From Phoronis australis (lineage: Eukaryota > Animalia > Phoronida), in NCBI GenBank assembly GCA_002633005.1, contig NMRA01000292.1:143950-207949 (forward strand): a stretch of 64,000 nucleotides of DNA, written 5' to 3'. The first letter of the stretch is position 1; each line of letters opens with the position of its first letter. A model generated the notes under the pieces. The model did not search any database and had not been told where the DNA came from. It saw only the letters and a list, made by a program, of their open reading frames with translations. The position numbers were made by a program, and so were the translations under genes. Below are positions 50,721 to 61,518 of this stretch, one piece after another.

Positions 50721-51471
50721 ACGGTACTTATAAATCGGCTAACAAAATTTGGAATGCCATTCGAGGATTGAGGAATTATAGATGACTAAACTATGATGTG
50801 AAATGCACCTGACAGGGAAGCAAACAGTTTTTAACTTTCCTCGCCTCCTCGTCTTTCGAAAATTCTACAAACCGTAGGCACACCTACTGAAATAAGGGCA
50901 GCACAAACTTCTCACACGACTTTTCCCACAACTGCTTTCGACACATGTAACAACTCGACGACAAGTGATTAGAATGCACCTGTTGCCAGGAATTGAGTTT
51001 ATAAATTGGCGATGATGACATGCAGTGACTCAGACAGAGGGTTAATAAGGTGAAGAATAAGAAGATTTAAAATGGAAACTATTATCTCTGAACTGAAATT
51101 GACGCACTGAAATGTAGTAAGAGGACTTATTTGTTTTATGTGTCTCTCGGTGTCCTTTCGATATTTTGTTCTCTCGCTCGTATTTATTTTCGAGAACAAT
51201 TTCAAGCACACTGCCAGACCAAACTTGAAATTTGGAGCATATACTCAGAATTTTACTCAAAATCGTACACGAAATATAGATGAGATACGCTTCAGTTCGA
51301 GTATACTCGAAAATTGAGTATGTGCTCGAAATTTCGAGTACAGATTTTTCGAGTATGACATTGAATACACCAAAGCTGAGTCTGTACTCGAGTTGAGTAT
51401 GAAGTGTGAGTTTGAGTATGAAGTGTGAGTCTGAGTATGATTCGAGTCTGAGTAAGGAGATTGGAGACCGG

Positions 51472-51622
51472 GCGTGCGTTCAGTAGACGCTAGGACCTAT
51501 GCTAGGACCAAGCTAAAACGTAGTCAAAGTCACGTGTTCTCATTTAAAATGCACGGCAATATCTCACGTAATCTCGCGAAGTCTTGCTTTTTAGCGAGGT
51601 CCTAGCGTTACTGAACGGGAGG
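51472..51622. mobile_element. 151-bp Harbinger/Tourist-like MITE, copy 1 (TSD CGG)
   Basis: GCGTGCGTTCAGTAGACGCTAGGACCT ... AGGTCCTAGCGTTACTGAACGGGAGG; a highly similar inverted copy lies at 55180-55330. Confidence 0.85.
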
Positions 51623-51638
51623 CGGGCCTAGGTTTTTA

Positions 51639-52737
51639 CACAGGCGCTTGGGTTTATCGCAAATAACGTCACAATATATGTATAAGAAAATATAAAGGTT
51701 GGACACTCGAAATCTGTTTGCTCAGAATTTTCTACTCAAATGTGCATGGAACTCCACGAAACTAGCATCGGACAACTCTTAGAATACCTTCTCTCATTTG
51801 ATCTCTTCAAAATGCCTTCGAGTGGTGATTTGGCGACAAAAATGCCAAAAGAATGCCAAAATCAGAAATTCAAGGACCTGATTCTGTGATGTCATGGCAG
51901 ACGGTCTTCGCACATCCGGGTTTGTGACCGACGCTCCCGAGCTAAATTCGCCGTCAATCCATCGACTACTTGATCATGAGAACCAGAGAGCACTTTATTG
52001 CCAAATAAATGTAATTACTCACATATTTGTGTCAAATATAAATTATCCTGATACTGTATTGATATGCGAAGTTTTTTGTGTACTGTGATTTCTTATGAAG
52101 GTTTTATTTTTGGCCAAAACCATTGAGTTAACTCGTCGGCCACGCGCATTGTAATACTTGCACGGGTAACGGGCTGCGTTTCCTGGCCGAGTGTGTGTTG
52201 TGCTTCAATCAAAAAAGTGCGTGATGTCAAGATGAGAAACAAGATACGCCAGTTTATGCAATAAAATTCTAAGTTAAGGGCTAAAATGAGCCGTCAGTGG
52301 AATAAAGTTACAAATAATCATTAAAGTACTAACTTTAACATTCTCAATTAGTTGAGTTTTGGATTAGAGTTATTGAATTTGAAATATAGGTTGCTTGCTC
52401 AAACTTGAAGTTTCACCTACGTCAGGCGTACAAGTTGAAGCACAACAGAAATCCGCCATGTTTACTATTTCAGGTCCTTGAATTCAGAGTTTTGAGATTG
52501 TTTTTGAAATTCCATCGCCAATTCACCACTCACGAAGACAGTTAATGGGATCTAGGAAAGATAAGGCTTCGAAGGTTTATGCAACACCAGACTGAGGGAG
52601 GTGCACGCAGATTTTATTTGGATTTTGGACGGTTGAAGTTGGGAGCCTCGGCTAAACAGATTTCGAGTGTCCAACCTTTATATTTTCTTATATATATTAT
52701 AGAGTGACGTCATTTGCGATAAACCCAAGCGCCTGTG
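51639..52737. mobile_element. ~1.1-kb non-autonomous element with ~80-bp TIRs and 8-bp TSD (P-element- or hAT-like)
   Basis: GGTTTTTA|CACAGGCGCTTGGGTTTATCGCAAAT...GGACACTCGAAATCTGTTT ... AAACAGATTTCGAGTGTCC...TTTGCGATAAACCCAAGCGCCTGTG|GGTTTTTA; TSD at 51631-51638 and 52738-52745. Confidence 0.85.
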
Positions 52738-52749
52738 GGTTTTTACAAG

Positions 52750-53300
52750 TGAACCGGAAGTGGTACGTTCACTCGGTTCACTGCAGTCTGCAAAACGGGC
52801 TTTGAGCCTCTGAGTGAATTTCTAATTCTACAAGGTTATATCAAGTGACCCAATCGAACGTTTCGTACAAACTTTACCTTCAAAGTCCGTGGTCTTTATA
52901 TTACACGAACTCGTAGCAACAACGAGACCAAGGGCAAGACTTATGAGCTTTCCAAACCTACGTGTTTAAACCTGTCACATCTCCCGCCATACCTACCGGA
53001 AGTGTTTTTAATTCTATCGTAAGGGGACGCTGTGTACACTTGACGTCAGAAAATTTACATACGACTTTTGTGGTCAGGTCATCTCTGCCCTTTCTTGTTC
53101 AGTCGTCTACTTTTTCAGCCGAGTGGTCACTTAATGTTCAACCAATAAACTTAATTTATGATAAATCATTTAAACGTGCCGTAAATTTCAAAGTCTGACT
53201 TTTGAGTTATGGCAAAACACGACTGAGCGAGTTAGTGCCTTGAAACCGCCCAGAGTCAGAGAGCTTTGATAGTGTGACCGTGGCGCGCCCTACCTTTGTG
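52750..53300 (-). promoter_or_regulatory. Candidate BRIP1 promoter / non-coding first exon region
   Basis: The ATG exon has an acceptor at ~48729, so an upstream exon is implied. This region has a strong minus-strand donor (GAAG|GTAAAG near 52877), two ETS-type ACCGGAAGTG motifs (52753, 52995), a TGACGTCA CRE (53041) and raised CpG content. Confidence 0.35.
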
Positions 53301-55179
53301 AATTATATAGAGTTTAACTTACAGTTTTGCGCAATTTTATTAATTGACTCTTCTAATAGGGGTGTTTCATTACGTCACTCATGTCATGGACTCACCCTCA
53401 CGTGCATTCGTTTACTTATAAAAAGCCGCGCACAAGCAGTTTTCAGTGGCGGACTGTCTGGGGTTTGAAACCCGCTCCAGTCCAATCTGGCAAGTGAGTG
53501 ACCGTCTCGTAAGTCTCCTATGTAGTTTCGTCTAAAAGTTTTAAAGTTGCTTAATACTGAGTTTTTGACGGATAAATTCCTTCTCATAACCTCTGTTTGT
53601 AATTTTCGACAACATCAATAAATAAGAATATATTTTTAATCAATTCAAATCTTCTTTACTCCTGGTTTGTAAACTATCCATACTTCAAACTGAGCATCCG
53701 TCACTGAGGTCGACACCGGCGGTCATCCACGACACACTAAAACACAACGCTGCATATAACACCACCGCTACAATATTTTCACTTTCAGCTGTCATAATTA
53801 CGCTGGTGTTGAGATTTAACTGTCGGATATTCGGTGCGAAGTTTGTACTTATACCCCATATGCGACAGCGTAAAAATGGGGGCTCGTTTGGGGTATCTGA
53901 TACCGTAGTGTGGACCGACCTTTTACACTGAAGAAAAATGACGAGTTCAGCCTGAGAGTTGTGACAAGTTTCGGTGCAACTAGTTCGCCGGCGAATTTTG
54001 GTAGTTCCTGCCGTTTTAGTGGAGTTTTGTCTCGTTTCTCATCGGACTTTTTGCCCATTTTCCCAATCGGGGGCTCCGCGTTCGAGCCGGCCTCTGAATT
54101 AAGGCTTAGTGAGTCAAAAAAAAAAATTCGACTAGCGTAGCCTCTTTTGCGCGGCGGCACCGTAACGCCGACTAAAACATATGGCTGCCGTGACAACTAG
54201 AAGCCCATGCCTTTTAAGCCGGGTCCCTGGCGCAGACTCTTTTCTGAGTATGACCCCTTTTGTTCAACACGTTTCATGCTTAAACGAAAACCTTTCCGTT
54301 TTCCAAGTCATTGTGGACTTGCAACGAACCCGGCAGTGTTACAGCTAGGTTCATCAAGTGTGTGCCTGCGCATGCTGTACTCGGCTATCCTTAGTTTTCA
54401 AACCGATCGAGTCCAGTGGCGGATCTACGTTTTCAGCAAGGGGGGGTTTAGGATTCCCGCCAAGGTCGAATTCTAGGCGCGTGGCGCGGAGCGGGGGGAG
54501 ATCGGCAGGGGGGTTTCCCCTCCCGTGTAAGATATTTTTTTGTTTTTGTAGCCAATAGTGAAATTTCCATGCATCCTGGTAATGTTTCTGGCACTTAACA
54601 TGTCTCTGGAGTTTTTCTTAAGTTAATTAAAAACCCTTCTCGATTTCGTCACATGAACTTGGCTCATAAGTATTGTGAAACCATATTGTGCACATCTGGG
54701 TATGAGTCACGCCACCAGCAAAAATTTTTGTTGGAAAATCTGCTTACACACACGTTTTTTAGCATACGAAAAGTCGTATACAAAAAAGTGTGGTGTGTAT
54801 ACAGGGGTTTAGACAATTTCCAAATATTCAAGAGCATAATTAAGGAGCACCGACGGGGCGTAAAAACTTGAATATCAGATGATCGCGTAACAGTAGCCTC
54901 AAGTTGTTTAAGAACGAAGACCTGTACTGTTCGTCCGGAAATAAACATGTGTTCTGTCTCGTTACGAGAAAAACTGGCCGGTGCTCTCAACTCATAGTCT
55001 ATTATCAAAAGCGACAATAAATAATTAGGTATCACTTTATTAAGCTGAATCACGTTGACAACAATTGAAAAACGTCAAATCTATCAGGAAACAAATCATC
55101 TGAAAACAGTTTCACGAAACCAAAACATCCTGTGCACAGTGGTGAAAAGATACCCTGGACTAGTTTGCAGAGGGACCAG

Positions 55180-55330
55180 CCTCCCGTTCAGTAACGCTAG
55201 GACCTCGCTAAAAAGCAAGACTTCGCGAGATTACGTGAGATATTGCCGTGTATCTTAAATGAGAACACGTGACTTTAATTTGGTTTTAGCTAGGTCCTAG
55301 CGTAGGTCCTAGCGTCTACTGAACGCACGC
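55180..55330. mobile_element. 151-bp Harbinger/Tourist-like MITE, copy 2 (TSD CAG)
   Basis: CAG|CCTCCCGTTCAGTAACGCTAGGACCT...CTACTGAACGCACGC|CAG; reverse complement of 51472-51622 with some substitutions. Confidence 0.85.
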
Positions 55331-55489
55331 CAGATGTACACTGAGAGTACACAAAAAGCTGACCTGGTCCGTCACGAGACCAAGAGTACACCTGTGCTTA
55401 TTATCCCTATAAAAATAGACGATCTGTCGCGGGACCAAACAGTACTGGCTGAGATAAATAGTTTTACAAAGCACACTTTGGTAAAAAAA

Positions 55490-55901
55490 NNNNNNNNNNN
55501 NNNNNNNNNNNNNNNNNNNNNNNNNNNNNNNNNNNNNNNNNNNNNNNNNNNNNNNNNNNNNNNNNNNNNNNNNNNNNNNNNNNNNNNNNNNNNNNNNNNN
55601 NNNNNNNNNNNNNNNNNNNNNNNNNNNNNNNNNNNNNNNNNNNNNNNNNNNNNNNNNNNNNNNNNNNNNNNNNNNNNNNNNNNNNNNNNNNNNNNNNNNN
55701 NNNNNNNNNNNNNNNNNNNNNNNNNNNNNNNNNNNNNNNNNNNNNNNNNNNNNNNNNNNNNNNNNNNNNNNNNNNNNNNNNNNNNNNNNNNNNNNNNNNN
55801 NNNNNNNNNNNNNNNNNNNNNNNNNNNNNNNNNNNNNNNNNNNNNNNNNNNNNNNNNNNNNNNNNNNNNNNNNNNNNNNNNNNNNNNNNNNNNNNNNNNN
55901 N
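55490..55901. other. Assembly gap (N run)
   Basis: Continuous N characters. Confidence 1.
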
Positions 55902-57757
55902 TATTTCCCCTAATCAAATCAAAATATATCTTAGAGTAAAGAAGCTAGTTACCAAAAGAAATCAGCTATAGAACTGCTCTTTCAGCGGTGAATCCACTCT
56001 AAAATGCTTGGCTACTCCAGAAGTGTCGACGGAAGCGCGCGCACAATTAATCCCCGGGCGTTTTGCCGATGAGCCACAAAGACTCAGCAATTCACAATGC
56101 AAAAAACTATACTTTCAGAGTGAACCCCCCCCCCTCAATTTTTTCCAAGTTGGTTTACTTGGGGTTTACACACGCTGGCGATGCCGTTTTTGTTTTGCTG
56201 GATACGCTTTTGTTTTTTTTGTTTTTTTTTTAAATTTTTGGGTCCTGACCCGAGGGGGGGGGGTTTAAACCCCCTGAACCCCCCCCGTAGATCCGCCACT
56301 GGAGTCCTCAATAGAAGTGACCAGCTAGACGAAACAAAGTGTGTGCCCAACTAGTAAGAGAGTACGAGAGTAAATTCACTGAGGAATTACGGCGTTTTCC
56401 CCGCGGCCCCGTTGCTCATTTGTTCGACGGCCCAAACTGAGTCTTAATGGCTACTATACATGTAAGTTTACCCTGTAGCCAAAAGAATATCTTATACACG
56501 ATACTGATGGATTCTGGCATTCATGGTTGCATCAGGGTCAGCTTTCTTTTGTTTGATAATTGCTCTAACTTCGCGCGCACCCAGGGGGGGGCGGGCTCGG
56601 GGGCTCGAACGACCCCCCGGCCCATTTGGCCGGCGACTGAAGTGTCCGGTCCCCGAGAGAAGTCCGAGATGGGACCAAAGCCCTCTAAATAAGCCAAAAT
56701 GCGCAATTCACAGTGGTGCTGTTAAAAGTAAAAGTTAAGTTATAACATATATGAACATAAACCAATAGCCTTTCTGAAATCCTCGTCAAATGGTGATCAT
56801 GTGCCATCGCCCCGGCAACTCATTAGTTGCAACCGAATCGAGATGCCGACATTCGAACCGAATGCATCTCGGGCAAGGCTCTGGGTTTGACGGTGTCACA
56901 CTGACGTAGTCTGTAATATGGCTGGTAGATAATATTGGCCTGCCTGTTGTCATGATAGACAAAAGACTATGCTTGGCAGCCAAAGAAGCTATCACGCTCA
57001 GAACCCCCTACGTCTGGTCACTGACCGGGAAAACGCTGTCACTGCATTATATTTTGCCTTGAATCAAACATATTTGTCCTACAAAACTTGGCCCACCGCC
57101 TAGTAATTATTGTGCAGAACTGTTTCTAATATAGGATCGATTTTTACATTTTAGAGACAATTTTGTTCGACTGGTGTTGTATTCCTACATCAAATTGCTC
57201 ATCACGCACACCCCGTACACGTTGTACGGGCCCCAAACCGTCGTGATTTTAGCATTCCGCGAAATCGACTAGAATATAGGTCAACTTACTGGCCAATCAT
57301 AAATGTGGGTCATTCCATCCTTGGAAAGCGGACTTAAAAATAGTCGGCGACGTTATTTCCGACTTATCCATGGTGGCCGTCACCGAACAGAGGTTCAAGT
57401 GTAACAACTTGTTAAGGGTAGCATATGTGTCGGTCTCATCTGCCGTAAGTCACAGCTGTCCGATTTAATTGCTCGTGGAACCTGTCGGGCTACGATCGGG
57501 CGGCACCTCCAGCTAATACACTGTGGTTCTGTTCCGCCGCCTAGGGCTCAGGCCTTCGGCTTCACCTTCAGCCTGAAGTAACTTCAGGGTTAGGTAAAGA
57601 GAGACTATGCAAATTTCTTGCGCCTTTCTCCGTTTCGTAGGCACCAACGTTTGTTTTGAAAAGAGCACGTGATTGTGGCGAGATATTCTCGCCGCGAGAA
57701 AGATTTATATGAGCTCTATCCCACTGCTGTCGGCACTACAACTTAACGTACCATGGG

Positions 57758-57907
57758 CATGGGCGGCACAGCACTGAATGAAAAAAGTGGAGGGCTGTTA
57801 TACGCCTGTAGCCCCCCCCCCCCCCCCCNCCCATAGACCATAGGTGCCAGGCACTGAATAAAGTGGGGGACTATAGCTCCCCAGCCCCCTATGGTGCGCC
57901 GCCCATG
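57758..57907. mobile_element. Short MITE with CATGGGCGGC termini (shorter relative at 61231-61299)
   Basis: CATGGGCGGCACAGCACTGAA...GGTGCGCCGCCCATG; the relative reads CATGGGCGGCGCAGCACTGAAAAAAGTGG...GGTGTGCCACCCATG. Confidence 0.6.
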
Positions 57908-58489
57908 CGTATGTCTTAAACTTAAAGTAGCCTTGGTACAAAGCTGTATAGTCTTCATACAGCTAGCTGGCTGGCTAGTCTTAAAGTGGAACTTGCATTC
58001 TAATTCCTTATCTCTGATTGCTTGCCCAAATTAGTTAGAAACACAACATATGGCGACGATGTGCCAACCGTGGTAGGCCTACACCCAGATGTTTTAAGAA
58101 TGAGTTTTGAAGCGAAAGTGATAGTGATATGCTCTAAATCACTGAACCAGTGTGTCCAGTAGTAGGTGACGTGGTGTTGGGAATAACACTGCATGATGTG
58201 GACTATGTGTGCCGTGATTATAAATGTCATCTATTTGTAGAATTTTTTATTTTCACATTTACAAATTGTCAATAAATACGACTGCACTTTGTTTAGCGTA
58301 GATTATGTTAAAATAACATTGTTGTTTAGTTCCTGCAATGTATTAGCATAGTTAGGAGCATGCAAATGCATCTTTAAGACCATGCACTCCAACTGAAGTA
58401 CAGGACCTAGCAGGGTCTACGGAAATTTATTACAACTCATTCTGTTATTTTGTGCATTCCCATACGAAAAGGAGAAGTTTAGTTTCAAT

Positions 58490-58772
58490 TGAGATTCAAT
58501 GGAAATTCAATAGAAAATTGAATTTCTATGGAATACGTCTATTGAATGAAAATTCAATTGGCACTGCCCTACAACGTGATTACGCCGTCAATTGAACGGC
58601 TATTGTATGGCAATTGGGTTTCAGCACTTAGAAAATTTTTAGCTGTTCTATATTGAATAGCTATTGAATTTCAGGACTTATGAAAATTTTGGCAGCTCAG
58701 AATTGAATAGTTATTGAATTCAAGGACTTAGAAATTTTCAGGCTGTCTCATTGAATGACTATTGAATTTCAA
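58490..58772. repeat. Degenerate ~40-bp tandem repeat (TTGAATAGCTATTGAATTTCAGGACTTA-like)
   Basis: Several consecutive units are visible at 58590-58772, with ATTCAAT/ATTGAAT motifs upstream. Confidence 0.6.
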
Positions 58773-58779
58773 GCTTTTA

Positions 58780-59284
58780 GGCCCTTTCATATTGACTTAA
58801 CTCCGGTCTGAGCGGAGCGTCGACGTAAACAGCGCAGTTAACTGGACCGTTCATACTGGCTTCGGTAGTTAATAACCATCGAAGTAAAGGGTTGGTGACC
58901 CTGACGTCATCGAAGTTATCGCAAGGTAGCGCTGCACGCTAAGATTTTTTTCAATGTGACAATTTGGAACATTTAAATGTGCTAAATGACATAAAACTCA
59001 TTTTTAAATCGATTGGTTATCATTAAACCCAAAAATAAGTAGTTATTAGTGACGGCACTACTCTGGAACTGTTGATGATAACAGTGGCACCTGCCGATAA
59101 CTTCGATTGGACCGGAGTTAAGCGTTCATACTGCACCGCAGCGTCGACGCTGCAGTCTTAAATCCACCTATTAACTGCGATGTTAACTGGAGCTCTTAAC
59201 TGCGATCCAGGACCGGAGTTAAGCGTTCATACTGACCGCAACTCCCCAAACCATCGACGCGTCGACGTTAGTATGAAAGGCCCT
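58780..59284. mobile_element. ~500-bp Harbinger-like MITE
   Basis: Ends GGCCCTTTCATATTGAC / GTTAGTATGAAAGGCCC flanked by TTA; internal repeats TTAACTCCGGTC / GGACCGGAGTTAAGCGTTCATACTG. Confidence 0.6.
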
Positions 59285-60032
59285 TTAGGGAATTTCTGGA
59301 TGATTTGCTTTTACCAACAATGTTTATTTTGAACAGGTGTTACCAATTCATTGTCAAGGTTACATTCCTGGAAAGTAACCATTAAGGTTTTCAAACCCTT
59401 TCAAACAGTTTTGGTCCAGCATAAACTCAGCATGGGTAGTGAAGAACTGCATAGTTTGATTTTGATACAAATCGAGTGTGAACTCTACGTTGAATTATCA
59501 ATATTATCAAAAATAATTAGGGTTCTTTTCATGCAACACCCTCAATTTAAGGAATGAGTCCCTATTTATTTTTGATAAGCTGGGCTCAGTGTTTAGTTAT
59601 ATTTTTAGAAAATATCATCAATGAAAGAGGAGCTCGTAATAAAGATGAAAGGATACAAAAAATATTGCGTCTGTGATTCCATAAAGACACAAATACGCAA
59701 AAAGAGTTATGGACCTTAGTTGAGTCCCTTTTTAGGACTGTTTCATGCAACTGGCCAATGATACCCACTTCCTGGTTGGCGGGTATGTGGTGTCCAGCCT
59801 TCACCCAGTTTGTGGTAACCTCATTCTGTTGACATCCAGACTTCTTCTGCTGTGAACTGAACTGATTCTGTAATTGTAGCTGTGGTTTTATTTTTAGGAA
59901 CTAATTCAGTAGTTACACCAAGTAGTGTGTTAGAAATTAATTTCGTAGGTCAGATAGTTGAATATTTGTCCTGTCAAGCTATTGACTACTTGAAATCAGT
60001 CGACACTTATTTCGTTTCAGGATTGATAAATC

Positions 60033-61518
60033 ATGGAACCTATGTATGAAGATCTGTTTTCTCGCCTACGTAAGAGGGCCCATCAACTGGGAATTACGGA
60101 TGAAGATTTACTAAAACATGGTGTTATTGAAGATTTGAGGGCCCCCCACTGGCGCTGGGGTCCTGTCATTGGTTTTGTTCTGATCATATTCATTGTGATG
60201 TTCGCTACTGTTCTCTCGAGTTACTTAGTCAGTTGGCCACTTCCCAGGCGAACTGTGCTGACGTTTGTCACAGACAAAATTTTAGATGCAGATTTAGAAG
60301 AGGTGCAATGTATTGTGTCCCATAAAGAGTATGTGCTTGACTTTATTCGGCCGCCTGTTAATTGTAATATGTGCAAGAACCTGTCGTCTGTGGATCGAGT
60401 GGCAAACATGACACCTATGGAGTTTGAGAAGAAATATGCATACACCAAACGTCCAGTTGTGATTGAAGATGGACAGAAAGACTGGTCAGCTGCTAAAACA
60501 TTTTCATTTGCCTTTTTCAAGAGTGTGTATGCTAACGACAGTCCTGCACTTGATAATGACGATCAGAACTGTCAATTCTTTCCTTACAAGACCAAGTTTC
60601 AGACCCTTCGTGAGGTCTTCAATATGAGCCACAACAGAGCGCATTTAAAAGATGGATCGGACCCTTGGTACATTGGGTGGTAAGTAAACCCTGATGGCTC
60701 GGTCTTATAGAACTTGTGCAAAGTACAAAGCAAGTTTGAGTTTTGTCCCACTTCTCTCGACGTCCAGGCTACATACCTGCCTACGTTAGTCATGTACTTA
60801 GTTTGAAGCCTGAGAGTGTAATATTACTGCAGTTATAAGTCTCAATAGATAAAATCCCGCTATATCATCTGAAAGTAATTTAAAAAATTTCTGTTTTAAA
60901 GGGCTGTCCCACTATTTGCTTCAAATGGTCAACTTTTTACCGAATACAATTGTCACATGTCAAGTACAAACAATAAACAATTAACTTTGTTTGATACATT
61001 TTAATTTCATAGTGGATTTTCTTAAATTTCATGTTCTGTATTTTGGTTTTTATCTGTTGCTACAAATCTGCAAAAAATGTGGCGAGTATCACCATGTGTA
61101 ATATTCCCTGATTCATTTTCCACCATAAATTGTTGTAAACTAGCGTCTGCTGAAAAAGTACAAAGTTTACTCTAGTCAGAAAAAATGTTTGCATTTTTGT
61201 CTAAAGCCTCATGCTGTGACATCTGTTTCACATGGGCGGCGCAGCACTGAAAAAAGTGGGAGGTTGTAGCCCCCGAACCCCCATGGTGTGCCACCCATGT
61301 GTTATATGTACTGTGTACCATCCAAGTGATGATGTGCCGACCATGTTCTAGTCGTTTTTCTAATAATCTCAGTATTTTACAGGAGTAACTGTGATGGTGC
61401 AGCAGCAGAAAAGTTACGACAACACTACAGACGACCGTACTTCATCCCTAAAGTGTCCGAATCAAGTAGGACGGACTGGATATTTATGGGGAGTCCTGGT
61501 CATGGGGCACACATGCAC
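60033..61518 (+). CDS. Membrane-anchored JmjC/cupin-like protein (JMJD8-like), 5' part; exons 60033-60679 and 61383-61518; no further exon found in the window
   Basis: The ATG follows an acceptor at 60020. Hydrophobic TM segment VIGFVLIIFIVMFATVLSSYLVSW; RPPVNCNMC; VDRVANMTPMEFEKKYAYTKRPVVI..DW (cupin-like N-terminus); CQFFPYKT; PWYIGW|SNCD; YRRPYFIP; DWIFMGSPGHGAHMH leading to the expected HxD metal motif. The exons join in phase (TG|G = Trp). Confidence 0.85.

Larger units (their letters stand above)
50395..51628. mobile_element. Non-autonomous PIF/Harbinger-like element with TAG TSD; right TIR interrupted by a 151-bp MITE
   Basis: TAG|GGCCCGGTCTCCAATCTCCATACTCAGACTC ... GAGTCTGAGTAAGGAGATTGGAGAC-CGG-[MITE]-CGG-GCC|TAG, with subterminal GAGTAT/ATACTC repeats. 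Confidence 0.75.
54414..56301. mobile_element. TIR element with CAGTGGCGGATCTACG termini and 5-bp TSD GAGTC; spans the N gap and hosts MITE copy 2
   Basis: GAGTC|CAGTGGCGGATCTACG (54414) ... CGTAGATCCGCCACTG|GAGTC (56301), with G/C-run subterminal sequence typical of hAT-like MITEs. Confidence 0.7.

Noticed and set aside
53849-54476. Cluster of 76-115-aa ORFs in CpG-rich DNA
   Set aside because: No recognisable domain or consistent splice structure; probably TE-derived or regulatory sequence. A BLASTX search would be needed to exclude a small gene.
55334-55939. 201-aa and 181-aa ORFs
   Set aside because: Artefacts of translating through the N gap.
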